NCBI GenBank assembly: GCA_963827475.1
Contig: CAWHAZ010000005.1
Location: 864,001 to 928,000 of the forward strand
Reading direction: 5' to 3'
From: an uncultured Chloroflexia bacterium
GTDB lineage: Bacteria; Chloroflexota; Limnocylindria; QHBO01
Length of the DNA stretch: 64,000 bases
A model generated the notes under the pieces. It was not told the origin of the DNA and ran no database searches. It saw nothing but the letters and a program-made list of their open reading frames with translations. The position numbers and the translations under genes were made by a program. Positions 52,180-63,450 of the stretch are shown one piece after another. Numbering within the stretch: the stretch's first letter is position 1; each line of letters starts with the position of its first letter.

Positions 52180-55100
52180 TCAGGCGGGAACCTCGACCGG
52201 CAGATCGGCCAGGCGGAGGGAGAGCACCCGGCTCACGGCGGCATCGGTCATGGTCACCCCGTAGATCGTGTCCGCGGTCTCGATGGTCGCCCGGTTGTGG
52301 GTGATGACCACGAAGTCGATGGTCTGGGCCAGGCGACGCAGGGCGTCGGCGAACCGGCCGATGTTCGCCTCGTCGAGGGCGGCGTCCACCTCGTCCAGGA
52401 CACAGAACGGCACCGGGTTCACGGTCAGCATCGCGAACAGGAGCGCGACCCCGGCGAGCGCCCGCTCCCCGCCCGAGAGCATGGCCAGGCGCTGGAGCCG
52501 CTTCCCTGGCGGGCGAACGGCGATCTCGATTCCGCCGGGCGCCTCCACGCCGTTCGAGGATTCGCTGTCCGCCTCCGCCTCGTGGGTCAGCTCCAGCGAG
52601 GCGCTCCCCCCGTCGAAGAGGAGACGGCAGTACTCGTCGAACCGCTGACCGATGGCCGCGAAGGCGGCCTGGAACTGGCTCGAGATCTCCTGGTCGAGCC
52701 GGGCGATGAGCTCCTCGGTCGAGTCCGCGGCCCCACGCAGGTCGGCCTCCTGGACGGTGAGCTCCTCCAGTCGGGCCGACAGCTCGCGGTGCTCCTCGAT
52801 GGCGAACGGGTTGACCGATCCGATCTGGTGCAGCGTGCGCCTCGTGCGACGAAGCTCCTCGGCCAGCTCCTCCTCGTTCAGGGCCGTGGGGTCGGCCGCG
52901 TCCGGATCAGCCTGCGTGCCCTCTTCGGCCTCGGGCACGCCCTCGAGGGACAGCTCCCGCTCGCGCTCGAGTCCGGCCAGCGCCTCTTCCAGTCGCGAGA
53001 CCTCGGCGACGGTCTGCCGCTGGTCGGCATCCAGCTCGGCCATCCGGCCGGCTCCGCCTCCCGCATGCCGCTCCGCCTCGAGCAGGGCCTGGCGTGCCGC
53101 CTCGCGAGCCTCGTCCGCGCCCGCCCGACGCTCCGTCGATTCCGTCTCGGCGGCGCGCGCGGTCGGTTAGCGTGGCCGCGGCCTCGCGCAGCGACTCGCC
53201 CACGACGGCTCGTTCGGTTGCGATGCGGGCGATCGCGCGGTGGAGCTGGTCGGTGCGCTCGGCATGGCGGGCGGCGCTGGCGCGGTGGTCCCCGGCCCCC
53301 GCGTCCTGTTCGTCGGCAAGGCGGACCGCGGACTCCCACGCCTGTCGGGCCTCGTCGCGTTCCGCGTCGGCGGCCTCGCGGGCAACCCGAGCCTCGGCGG
53401 TGGCGGCCTCCAGGGACGGCGATCTCCCCGCCGACGGCTGCGGACTGGTTCGGAGCCTGGCCCGGGGCCGGCAGATCGGCCAGGGCGGCGGTCAGCCGGT
53501 CGCGGTCGGCGGAGAGGCGCTCGGCAGCCGCGTCGGCGGCGATGCCGTCCTCGTCGGCTCGGACCGAGGCCGCGCGTGCCGCTTCCGCGCTCGACTGCGC
53601 CACGGAGGCGGCCTCAGTGGCGGCCTCGAGGGCCGCCCGGGCTCCCGTCAGGGTGCGGGCGGCTTCGTCCGCGTCGGTGTTGATCCGGTTGGCGAGCTCG
53701 GTCAGCTCGGCCAGCCGGGCAGCGCGGCCGCGGTTCGGGGCGTCAGTGGTTGCGCGGCCGCGGACCGTGACCATGCCGCGGGCGTCGGCCAGGTCCCCGG
53801 CGAGGGTCACCGCCGCCCATCCGTCGGGGAGGCGAATCCACCCCGCGAGCAGCGCCTCGATGTCCGGGGCGACCACGGTGCGGTGCAGGATCTCCGGCGC
53901 GGCGCGGTCGTTCAGGAGCTCGGCGAGGGTCTGGGTGGCGCCGACCGCAGCCAGCGCCTCGGGCCGACCGGTCGGTTGGCCATCGGCGGGCGCCAGGAGG
54001 CGAGCCTCGCCGGCCGTCTCTCCCGATGCCGCCTTCCCGACGCCGGCGCCGGCTCCTGGCTTCCAGCTCAACGCCCGATCAACGTCGCCGAGGACAGCGG
54101 CCACGGCCGCTTCGGCCTCCGGGGGGACGTTGCCGAGCGCCTTCGGCTGCTCCCATCCGCCGGATCGCAGCTCCGCCGCCAGATCCGTGGTGCTGTCCGA
54201 CGGTTGACGCTCGATCTCGACCAGCTCTGCGGTGACGCGCGATCGGCGCTCGTCGAGCTCGGCTGCCGCGACGGCCGCTCGGCCAGCGTCCTCTTCGAGC
54301 GCGCCACGGCGGGCGACTGCGGCAGCGGCCGCCTCCTCGAGACGCGCGCAGCTCTGCGGCAGCCACAGTCCGCGCCCCCGCCAGCCGCGAAGCGGTCGCC
54401 GTGGCTTCCGATAACCGGGACGCGACATCGGCCAGGTCGCGGTCGGCGGCTTCGCGCCGCGCCTGTGCGCCCGCGGCCTCCTCCGCCCAGCGGCCAGCCT
54501 GTGCCAATCGGTCTGCCTCGCGCAGGCGCACCGCTGCCAGGGCCTCCTCGGCGGCCAGCACCTCGGCCGCGGCACCCCGCGCACGTTCGGCAGCCGCGCG
54601 CCAGCGTGCCTCTGCGGCGGTCGCGTCCGCGCGGCCGGTCCGTGCCGAGGCGGTGGTCCCAGGTGTCTGCTCATCGGCGCCCACGACCTGCGCCAGCTCC
54701 GCCAGCTCGTGCTCGACGCGCCCCGCCTCTGCCCCGAGGTCGAGGTCGCGCTCGACCAGTCCGTCGTGGCGTCCCTCGGCCCGGATCGCCGCCTCACGCG
54801 CGGCTTCCCACGCCGCCGACGCCTGCCGGGTCTCCTCTTCCGCGGCCCAGTAAGCCGCTTCGGCATCGGCGACCGCCTGCCGACCGCTTGCCTGCGCGCT
54901 CTGCTCCGCCTCCGCGTCGGCGGCCAGCGCCGCCGCCCGACGCCGCGCCTCGCCGAGCGAGGTCTGAAGGACCTGCGCGCGACGGGCGTGGTGCTCGAGG
55001 ATGAGCGCCCGGGCCCGCAGCCCGAGCCGGTCGTGCGCCTCCTGGTGCTCGGCCTGGAGAGCCAGCCGACGGACCTGCGGCTTCAGCTCGCGCACGAGGT

Positions 55101-55680
55101 CGGACATGCGGGTCAGGTTGTCGCGTGCCTTGCCGAGCCGAGCCATGGCCTCGTTCCGCCTGACCTGAAGCGCCTTCACCCCGGCCGCCTCCTCGAACAG
55201 CTGGCGCCGCTCCTCCGGCCGCAGGGAGAGCGCCGCGTCGACCGTCCCCTGCCCGACCACCACCAGCTCGTTGGCCCCCAGCCGGCCACCGGCGAGCAGC
55301 TCGACCACGTCCCGCAGCCGCGCCCGGCTCCCGTTGATCAGGTACTCCGGGTCCCCGGACCGGTACGCCCGGCGCGCGATCGTGACCTCCTCGAACTCGA
55401 TCGGCAGCCAGCCATCGTGGTTGTCGAAGGTGAGTGTCACCTCCGCCATGCCAATCGGCTTGCGGCTCTCGGAGCCGGCGAAGATCACGTCGTCCGACCG
55501 CCGCGTGCGAAGGGATCGGTTCGACTGCTCGCCCAGCACCCAGCGGATCGCGTCGGCCATGTTGCTCTTGCCGCTGCCGTTGGGACCGATGACCGCGGTC
55601 ACGCCCGGCTCGAACACGAACCGGGTCGGCTCCGCGAAGCTCTTGAAGCCGTGGAGCTTGAGCTCCTTCAGGCGGGTCAT
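52180..55680 (-). CDS. smc: Chromosome segregation protein SMC; at least three frameshifts (about 54350, 53410, 53150)
   Basis: GFKSFA, GPNGSGKSN, FEEAAG, long coiled coils, LSGGER, LDEVDAALD, VITH. Confidence 0.95.
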
Positions 55681-56381
55681 GCCCCCACCTCGGCCAGGTG
55701 CTCCAGCGCGGCCTGAGCGGCGACTTCCTCGGCCCGCTGGCGGCTGCTGCCCGAGCCGGTGGCGAGGCGTTCGGCGCTGATGACGACCGCGACGGTGAAC
55801 TGCTGGGCGTGGGCCGGGCCGCGAGATTCCACCAGCTCGTATGCCGGGCGGACGCCGCGATGTCGCTGGCTCCATTCCTGGAGCCGGCTCTTGGCCGACT
55901 TCGGCCCGGCCGCATCCGACGGCGGGGCGAGATGAGCGGACAGGATCGGGGCGAAGGCGCTCTCGACGGCGGCCATGCCCTCGCTGAGGTAGACCGCCCC
56001 GACGAGGGCCTCGAAGGCGGCGGCCAGGACCGATGGACGGCCGGCGCCGCCGCTGTCCAGCTCCCCGCGGCCGAGACGGAGGTAGCGGTCGAGCTGGAGC
56101 TCGCTGGCGAGGCCAGCGAGGGCGGTGCGGTTGACGATCGCCGCCCGGTGGGCGGTCAGGCCGCCCTCATCGGACTCGGGGAAGCGCTGGTACAGGATCC
56201 GGCTGACGATCAGGCCGAGGACGGCGTCGCCGAGGAACTCGAGGCGCTCGTTGTTGCCCGTGACCAGGTCGGGGTTCTCGTTGGCGTACGAGGCATGGAT
56301 GAACGCCTGATCGATGGCGTCTGGATCCTGGAAGACGAGGCCGAGTCGCTCACCCAGCTCGCGGATGGTGGGTGAGGTCAC
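55677..56381 (-). CDS. rnc: Ribonuclease III
   Basis: NERLEFLGDAVL, EG.LT, FEALVGAVYL, C-terminal dsRBD. Confidence 0.98.
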   Translation of the reverse strand: MTSPTIRELGERLGLVFQDPDAIDQAFIHASYANENPDLVTGNNERLEFLGDAVLGLIVSRILYQRFPESDEGGLTAHRAAIVNRTALAGLASELQLDRYLRLGRGELDSGGAGRPSVLAAAFEALVGAVYLSEGMAAVESAFAPILSAHLAPPSDAAGPKSAKSRLQEWSQRHRGVRPAYELVESRGPAHAQQFTVAVVISAERLATGSGSSRQRAEEVAAQAALEHLAEVGA

Positions 56382-56389
56382 GGGGGAAC

Positions 56390-56632
56390 CTACTGCTGGC
56401 GTTCCTCGATGTATTCGACCGCGTCGGAGACCTTCTGGATCTTCTCGGCATCCTCGTCCGAGATCTCCATGCCGAACTCTTCCTCGAGGCTCATGATGAG
56501 CTCCACCAGGTCGAGCGAGTCGGCGTTCAGGTCCTCGACGAACGCCGCTTCCAGCGTGACGTCGTCTGGTTCGACGCCGAGCTGCTCAACGATGATCTTC
56601 TTGAGCCGCTCGAACGTGGTGCCGTCGGTCAC
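56390..56632 (-). CDS. acpP: Acyl carrier protein
   Basis: [26 protein letters not shown]. Confidence 0.99.
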   Translation of the reverse strand: MTDGTTFERLKKIIVEQLGVEPDDVTLEAAFVEDLNADSLDLVELIMSLEEEFGMEISDEDAEKIQKVSDAVEYIEERQQ

Positions 56633-57073
56633 CCTTCGTCTCCCTCAGGTTCGGGTCTGACAGGTTGGGGCTTGGCCACACCTCGGAGGACGCCACCGAC
56701 GAGTCGGGCCGCCGATTCCCCGGCGTACGTCCGAGCGAGAGAGACCGCGTCGCGGATCGTTCCGCTCGGAATCGCGGCGGAGTATAGCACCTCAAAAAGG
56801 GCACTCCGGAGGATCGTCCGTTCGATCCGGCCAAGCTCCGCGACGGGGATCTTCGGGGCGCGGGTGGCGATCTCCGCGTCGAGCTCCTTCACGTGGCTGG
56901 CGACGCCGGAGACGATGGCGCGCGCGTGCTCGACGACCCTCGGCTCGGCCTCCCATTCGAGCGGCCAGCCGCTCCAGCGCGGCGGCGGCCTGCTGGGGCG
57001 GGAATTCGGCCTCGAACAGGGCCACCATGGCCAGCCGCCGGGCGCGCCGGGCCGGCCGTTCGCGGCCCGCCAC
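56629..57073 (-). CDS. nusB: Transcription antitermination factor NusB; frameshift near 56950
   Basis: [43 protein letters not shown]. Confidence 0.88.
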
Positions 57074-58144
57074 CTAGGAGGCGGGCTCCACCGGGATCGG
57101 GGTCGGTGCCTCGGCCTCGTCGTCCTCCGAGTCGCCGGTGTCCGCGGCGAGCCCCGGATGCCGGCGGCTCCACTCGGCGATGACCGCGGGCATGTTCGCC
57201 GCGGCGGCCTCGGAGCCGACGCGGATCGCGTTCTCCACCATCCTGGCCTTGGCCCGGCCGTGCGTCACGATGCTCACCCCGCGCACCCCGAGCAGCGGCG
57301 AGCCGCCGAACTGCTCGTAGTCGAACCGATGCCGGAGGCGATCGATCCCCGGTCGCAGGGCGAGGACCGCGAGCGGCGCCACCGGGCCGCGGAGGAGGTC
57401 CTCGCGGATCGAGCGGAAGATGTACGAGGTCAGGCCCTCGGTCAGCTTGATCATGGCGTTGCCCACGAACCCGTCGCACACCACCACGTCGGCGACGTGG
57501 CCCGCCAGGTCATGCGGCTCGACGTTGCCGACGAAGTTCAGGTCCGCGGCGCTCAGGCGGACGAACGCCTCGCGGGTCAATGCGTCGCCCTTCTCCGGCT
57601 CCTCCCCGATGTTCAGCAGCCCGACCCGCGGCGTCGGGACGTGGAGGACGCGCTCGGCATAGAGCGAGCCCATCGCCGCGAACTGGACGAGGTTGTGCGG
57701 CTCGGAGTCGACGTTGGCGCCGACGTCGAGCAGGACGAGCGGGCCCGAGGGGGTCAGGAAGTAGGCGGGCAGGGCCGGGCGGTCGATCCCCTCCAGGCGG
57801 CCGAGGCGGAAGATCGCCGCGGCCATCGTGGCGCCGGTCGACCCGGCGCTGACCACCGCATCGGCCGATCCGTCGCGGACGAGGTCGGTCGCGACCCGGA
57901 TCGAGGACCGGCGGCGGCGGACGCCGGCGGCCGGCGACTCCCCCATCGCAACCACTTCGGGAGCGTCGACGAACGAGACGCTCGCCGGGCGACCGCGGCC
58001 GTACTCGTCGGCCTCGCGTTCGAGGCGCGGCACGTCGCCGACGAGGAGCACCTCGTCGGCGTGGGTGGCGGCGTAGTTGATTGCCCCCCGGACGATCTCG
58101 CGCGGTGCGAGGTCGCCGCCCATCGCATCGACCGCGATGCGCAT
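57074..58144 (-). CDS. plsX: Phosphate acyltransferase PlsX
   Basis: IAVDAMGGD, SAGSTGA, LDVGAN, LLNIGEE..KG, DGFVGN, LLGV. Confidence 0.98.
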   Translation of the reverse strand: MRIAVDAMGGDLAPREIVRGAINYAATHADEVLLVGDVPRLEREADEYGRGRPASVSFVDAPEVVAMGESPAAGVRRRRSSIRVATDLVRDGSADAVVSAGSTGATMAAAIFRLGRLEGIDRPALPAYFLTPSGPLVLLDVGANVDSEPHNLVQFAAMGSLYAERVLHVPTPRVGLLNIGEEPEKGDALTREAFVRLSAADLNFVGNVEPHDLAGHVADVVVCDGFVGNAMIKLTEGLTSYIFRSIREDLLRGPVAPLAVLALRPGIDRLRHRFDYEQFGGSPLLGVRGVSIVTHGRAKARMVENAIRVGSEAAAANMPAVIAEWSRRHPGLAADTGDSEDDEAEAPTPIPVEPAS

Positions 58145-58166
58145 CGGGCGGACGGTCAGTCAACCG

Positions 58167-58370
58167 TCAGCGGCCGGACTCGGTCGGGGTGGGCGCCGGC
58201 GGCGGTACCACCTCGCGGCCGTTGTGCCAGCCGCAGGTGGGGCACACGGTGTGAGCGCGCTTCAGCTCGTGGCAGTGGTCGCACTCGACCAGGGTCGGCG
58301 CACGCAGCGCGAGATGGGCTCGGCGCTCGTTCTTCCGGGACTTGGAGGCTCTTCGCTTGGGAACGCCCAC
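58167..58370 (-). CDS. rpmF: 50S ribosomal protein L32 (zinc-binding form)
   Basis: VPKRRASKSR, CDHC, HTVCPTCG. Confidence 0.96.
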   Translation of the reverse strand: MGVPKRRASKSRKNERRAHLALRAPTLVECDHCHELKRAHTVCPTCGWHNGREVVPPPAPTPTESGR

Positions 58371-58443
58371 AGGCTCTCCTGATCTGAATCGGGTTGAGGA
58401 GGCCGCAGTATAGCCGCGGCCAATGGCCGGGACCACCACCGGG

Positions 58444-58977
58444 TCAGTCGGGCGGCGGCTTCCAGTCCGCGAGCGCGGCAAGCCGGGGGTCCACGTCGAC
58501 ACCGCCGTGGTCCTCGTGGCCGGGGTCGTCCAGCCGGCGCCCGCAGACGGGACACAGGCCGCGGCAGTCCGGACGGCAGAGCGGGTGCATCGGCTCGGCC
58601 AGGGTGAGCTCATCGGCGAGCAGGGCGGCGAGGTCGATCTCGCGGTGGGCGTCGATCCGGGAGACGTCACCCTCGGCGCCGTCCACCGGCAGAACCGCTC
58701 CGGTGGCCGGATCGACGGACGCCAGGAACTCCTCGGCGAGCGCCACCTCCACCGGCTCGTCGAACTCATCGAGGCAGCGGATACAGGTCCTCCGGGCGAG
58801 GGTCCGTGCCCGCCCGGTGGCCAGGATGCCCCGGTTCGTGCGCTGGAGGCGGAGCGTGCCCAGCACCCGGCGTGGCGGCTGCCCGTCGATGGGCGCCCAC
58901 TCCAACTCGCCGAGCTCGACCGTGCGGGTGGTGCCGGCCGGATCCCGCAGCAGACCCGCCACGTTGAGGCGGGTCAC
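58444..58977 (-). CDS. YceD/DUF177-family protein
   Basis: CIRCL, LCRPDCRGLCPVCG, DPRLAAL; upstream of rpmF. Confidence 0.94.
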   Translation of the reverse strand: MTRLNVAGLLRDPAGTTRTVELGELEWAPIDGQPPRRVLGTLRLQRTNRGILATGRARTLARRTCIRCLDEFDEPVEVALAEEFLASVDPATGAVLPVDGAEGDVSRIDAHREIDLAALLADELTLAEPMHPLCRPDCRGLCPVCGRRLDDPGHEDHGGVDVDPRLAALADWKPPPD

Positions 58978-59497
58978 CCCGATACGGGCGTTCCGACTGC
59001 TCGATCAGCCTCGGGCTGGACGGGAATGGCATCGACCGTGGTCGGCCCGCGGCGCTGGTCGAGCATCTCGATCCCGTGCTTGATGCTGGTCAGCGTCTTG
59101 GTGACCTCTCCCTCGAGCCGGATGAGGACGCCGGCGGCGTACTCGTCCGCCCCGTGCCGCACCTCGCCGGCCTCGTGGGTCGCCTGCTCGAGGATCTCCC
59201 CCGCCCGCTGCTGGGCGAGGCGCACGAGCTCGCGCTCCTCGAGCATGTGCGCGGCCTGCTCCTGGGCCCGGGCGATGATCGCGTCGCCCTCCTCGCGGGC
59301 GTGATCCACGATCCGTCCCGCTTCCCCGGTGATGCGCTGCGCCTGGCGGACCTCTTCCGGCATGGCGACCCGGATCTGGTCCACCAGCTCGAGCACGGCT
59401 CCCTGGTCGACGACGACGTTGTTCGTGAGCGGGACCCGCGTGCCGGTGGCGACCAGCACTTCGAGGCGCTCCACAAGGAACAGGATGTCCGTGACAT
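58974..59497 (-). CDS. Conserved coiled-coil protein of the coaD-yceD interval; possible indel just after the ATG
   Basis: DILFLVERLE, RVPLT, MPEEVRQA, GADEYA; GGAGG-ATG at 59497 is out of frame with the body. Confidence 0.8.
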
Positions 59498-59579
59498 GAC
59501 CTCCGACGGCGGTTGTGGCCGATACTACACCCGGCCATCGTTGTCGTACAACGTCATACCGCGCCCGGAGGGCGCCAGA

Positions 59580-60083
59580 TCACTCCCTGCCTGGGGAGCT
59601 GCTCCCAAAGCGTTCCCGGAGAGCCGCCGCCACGCCGGGCGGCACCATCTCGGACACGTCCCCGCCGAACGTCGCCACCTCCTTGGCCAGGGTCGACGAG
59701 ACGTAGCCGTACTCCAGCCCGGTCATGAGGAACACGGTGTCGATGTCCGGCGCCAGGCGCCGGTTGGTGTGGGCCATCTGCAGCTCGGCCTCGAAGTCGC
59801 TGATCGCGCGCAGGCCGCGGATCACGAAGCCCGCCTCGTGGCGCGCGGCGAACTCCACGGTCAGCCCGTTGAAGGCCTCGACGCTGACCGATGGGCCCAG
59901 GTCGCCGACCTCGGCCGTGATCAGCGCCACGCGTTCGGTGGTGGAAAACAGCGGGCTCTTGCGGGTGTTGTCGAGGACGCCGATGACGAGCCGGTCGAAG
60001 AGGACCGCACCTCGACGCACGACGTCGAGGTGGGCGTTGGTGATCGGGTCGAAGGACCCGGGGAAGACCGCCACGCGGGTCAT
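59580..60083 (-). CDS. coaD: Phosphopantetheine adenylyltransferase
   Basis: FPGSFDPITNAH, IRGLR..SDFEAE, VSST. Confidence 0.98.
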   Translation of the reverse strand: MTRVAVFPGSFDPITNAHLDVVRRGAVLFDRLVIGVLDNTRKSPLFSTTERVALITAEVGDLGPSVSVEAFNGLTVEFAARHEAGFVIRGLRAISDFEAELQMAHTNRRLAPDIDTVFLMTGLEYGYVSSTLAKEVATFGGDVSEMVPPGVAAALRERFGSSSPGRE

Positions 60084-60619
60084 CGCTCCTCCTCCAGGAA
60101 GGTCAGCGCCGTCTCGCCGAACCGTCGGCTGCGGATGACCGCCAGGCCGGCTCCGGCCGGCATCGGTGTTCGCCAGAAGTGCTTGACCACGACCAGCGCG
60201 CCGGGCGCGAGGTGGGGACGCAGCCGTTCCAGCGGCAGGTCGAGTGTACGCTCCGCGTACGGCGGATCGAGGACGACGACGTCCCACGCCGGGGCGTCGG
60301 TGCCGGCCAGGAACGCCTCCACCGATCGGGCGTGGACCTCCGCCCCATCCGCCAACCCAGTCGTCGCCAGGTTGTCGCGGATGACCGACACCGCCGACCG
60401 AGCCCGCTCGACGAACGTCGCGCTCCCCGCCCCGCGGGACAGGGCCTCGATCCCGATCGCACCGCTCCCCGCGTACAGGTCGAGCACGCGGGCTCCGAGC
60501 ACCCGCTCGCCGATGGCCCCGAACAGCGACTCCTTCACCTTGTCGCTGATGGGCCGGGTCCGCGGATCCTTCGGCGCGGCGAGGCGCAGCCCGCGAGCCG
60601 AGCCGGCGATCACCCGCAT
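60080..60619 (-). CDS. rsmD: 16S rRNA m2G966 methyltransferase
   Basis: MRVIAG, TRP.SDKVKESLF, LDLYAGSG, EALSRGA, DPPY. Confidence 0.96.
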   Translation of the reverse strand: MRVIAGSARGLRLAAPKDPRTRPISDKVKESLFGAIGERVLGARVLDLYAGSGAIGIEALSRGAGSATFVERARSAVSVIRDNLATTGLADGAEVHARSVEAFLAGTDAPAWDVVVLDPPYAERTLDLPLERLRPHLAPGALVVVKHFWRTPMPAGAGLAVIRSRRFGETALTFLEEER

Positions 60620-62719
60620 CAGGCCGCGTTGCCCTCTTCGTCGGGGACGGTGAAGGCCCGCTGCTCGCGGACGAGCTCCGCGCGCCCGGTGAGGGCCGGG
60701 TCCTCCGCCACCAGGGCGCGGGCCAGGGTCCGGGCCTGCGCCGCCAGCTCGAGGTGGCGCGGGTTGAAGAGCGACGCCACCCGCAGCGGAGGCAGCCCCG
60801 ACTGCCGGGTGCCGAGCACGTTGCCGGAGCCGCGGAGCTCGAGGTCCGCCTCGGCGATGGCGAACCCGTCGCTCGAGCCGCGGACGACCTCCAGCCGGCG
60901 TCGAGCCAGCTCGTCGGATGCGTCGGACATGAGGATGCAGTAGGACCGATCCGCTCCCCGGCCGACCCGGCCGCGGAGCTGGTGGAGCTGGGCCAGGCCG
61001 AACCGCTCGGCGTCCTCGATGACCATCACCGTCGCGTTCGGGATGTCGATCCCGACCTCGATGACGGTGGTGGCGACCAGGACGTCCGTCTCCCCCGCCG
61101 CGAAACGCTGCATCGCCGCCTCGCGGTCGGCGGACCGCTGCTGGCCGTGGACGAGGTCAACCCGGACGTCCGGCAGGGCCTCCCGCAAGCGCTCCGCCTC
61201 GGCCTCGGCGGATGCCGCGTCGAGGGCATCGCTCTCGATGACCAGGGGAGCGACGACGAAGGTCTGCCGCCCGGCCCGCGCCTCGTCCGCGATGAACGCC
61301 TCGATCTTCGGCAGGGCTGCCCGATCTCGGATCTCGGTCCGGATCGGCTGGCGGCCGGGCGGCGGGTGGCGGAGGGTGCTGATGGCGAGGTCGCCGTACA
61401 CGGTGAGGGCCAGGGTCCGCGGAATGGGGGTCGCGGTCAGGGCCAGCATGTGCGGCTCGAGCTCACCGGCCTTGGCCTGCAGGGCGCCCCGCTGCGCGAC
61501 GCCGAACCGGTGCTGTTCGTCGACGACCGCCAGGCCGAGGCGCTCGAAGGCCACGCCTTCGCTGATCACGGCGTGGGTCCCGACCACGACGTCCACCTCA
61601 CCGCGCGCGAGGCGCTCATGCGCTCGGCGCTTGTCAGCGGCGCGGAGGGACCCGGAGAGGTACTCGACTCGCACGCCCAGCGGGGCAAGGAGCGGGGCGA
61701 AGCCCGTCGTGATGCTGGCGGGCGAGGATCTCGGTCGGCGCCATGAGCGCCCCCTGCCGGCCGGAGCGGCAGGCCACGGCCAGGGCGACGGCCGCGACGG
61801 CGGTCTTGCCGCTGCCGACGTCGCCCTGGAGCAGCCGTCGCATCGGCACGTCCGACGCCAGGTCCGCGAGCACCTCATCGACCGCCTGCGCCTGGTCCGG
61901 GGTCAGCGCGAACGGCAGGCTGGCGACGACCTCCGCTCGGATGTCGTCGGCCACCGCGATCGGTGGCGCCTGGCGCTCGGAGCGCGCCGCCGCCGCCTGG
62001 GCGAGGGTGAGCTGGAGGGTGAGCAGCTCGTCGAACGCCAGGCGGTCGAGGGCCGGCTCGAGGTCATCGGCGTCGTCCGGGAAGTGGGCCGTGCGGATGG
62101 CGAGCGGCAGGTCGAGGAGCCCGACGCGCTCTCCGGGCCGCAGCGGATCGACCACGGCGGGCAGGCAACGGTCGAGGACCCGAGCCAGCAGCTCGCGGAC
62201 TCTGCGCAGGGTCACCCCGCCGACGAGGCGGTAGACCGGAACGACCCGGGCGGTGTGCACCGACTCGCGTGACGCGGGCGAGAACTCGGGGTTCGCGAAC
62301 TGCATCCGCCAGCCCTGGGCAGTCACTTTGCCGCTGACCACGATCTCGTCCCCGGGTCCAAGCCGCTTCTCGATGAAGCGGCGGCCGAACCAGATCGCCT
62401 CCGCGCTCCCGGTCAGATCCGACAGCTGGGCGATCGTCCGCGGCGGCCGGCGCCCGAAACCAGGCTCTGCCTTGAGGTCGTCGACCCGGACTCGGGCCGA
62501 CTGCTTCTCGCCCGGGACGAGATCCGCGATCCGGCGAAGGTTGCTGAAGTCGTCGTAGCGGAACGGGAGATAGAGCAGCGCCTCGCGCGGAGTCTCGATC
62601 CCCAGCCGGCGCAGGGTGGCCAACCCACCGCCGAGCTCGGGCAGCGCCTCGCGGAGCGGCAGGTCGAGGCGCTCCGGGGTCACCGCCCGCGGCGCTGGCC
62701 CGCCCCGCCGCGATTGCAT
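60619..62719 (-). CDS. recG: ATP-dependent DNA helicase RecG; frameshift near 61710
   Basis: LQGDVGSGKT, APTEILA.QH, DEQHRFGV.QR, TATPIPR, TTVIEVG, QLHQLRGRVGR, DLELRG. Confidence 0.97.
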
Positions 62720-62802
62720 GGCTCGATCGTAGCGTGCTAGCATCGCCGCCGGTCCGGCTGCCCCGTGGCGGGCTGCCGGCTTCTTCGTGAATGGAGTCCC
62801 AA

Positions 62803-62994
62803 ATGGCCCGCGTCTGCGAGATCTGCGGCAAGCGCCCGATCACCGGCTGGAACGCCCAGTCGATCGGCATGAACCGGAAGCGCGCCGGACGACGCTGGCT
62901 GCCGAACCTCCAGAGCCTGACCGTCGTCCGCAATGGGCAGTCGGTCACCGTGCGCGCCTGCTCGCGCTGTCGGCGGACCGCCACCAAGGCCTAG
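62803..62994 (+). CDS. rpmB: 50S ribosomal protein L28
   Basis: MARVCEICGK, RRWLPNLQ, CSRC; divergent from recG. Confidence 0.95.
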   Translation: MARVCEICGKRPITGWNAQSIGMNRKRAGRRWLPNLQSLTVVRNGQSVTVRACSRCRRTATKA

Positions 62995-63446
62995 CCCGCG
63001 GCGGACTCGCTCGAATCCAGCACCAGGGTGAACGGCCCGTCGTTCACCAGCTCGACCTCCATCCGCGCCCCGAACTCCCCCGTCTCGACGGAGACGCCTG
63101 CGCCCCGCAGCGCGCTGACGAACCGATCGACCAGCGGCGCCGCCTGCTCGGGGCCGGCCGCATCGGTGAAGCCCGGCCTCCGACCGTGGCGCGTGTCGGC
63201 CAGCAGGGTGAACTGGCTCACGACCAGCAGCGCACCGTCGACATCGGCCAGCGCCAGGTTCGTCCGGCCGTCGGCATCGGTGAAATAGCGCAGGCCCACG
63301 AGCTTGTCGGCCATCCGGTCGACGACCGCTCCGTCGTCGGTCGCCGCGACCCCGACCAGCACCACCGCCCCTCGCCCGATCGTCCCCAGCTCGCGACCAT
63401 CGCTGTGGACGGACGCCCGTGTCACGCGCTGGACAACCAGGCGCAT
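62991..63446 (-). CDS. dtd: D-aminoacyl-tRNA deacylase
   Basis: VVQRV, VSQFTL, GEFGA.MEV.LVNDGPFT. Confidence 0.98.
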   Translation of the reverse strand: MRLVVQRVTRASVHSDGRELGTIGRGAVVLVGVAATDDGAVVDRMADKLVGLRYFTDADGRTNLALADVDGALLVVSQFTLLADTRHGRRPGFTDAAGPEQAAPLVDRFVSALRGAGVSVETGEFGARMEVELVNDGPFTLVLDSSESAAG

Positions 63447-63450
63447 CGGC

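Noticed and set aside
52180-55680. smc, pyrH, infB and others as pseudogenes or programmed frameshifts
   Set aside because: Essential or highly conserved genes with intact motifs, no shared slippery sequence, and indels scattered across the window.
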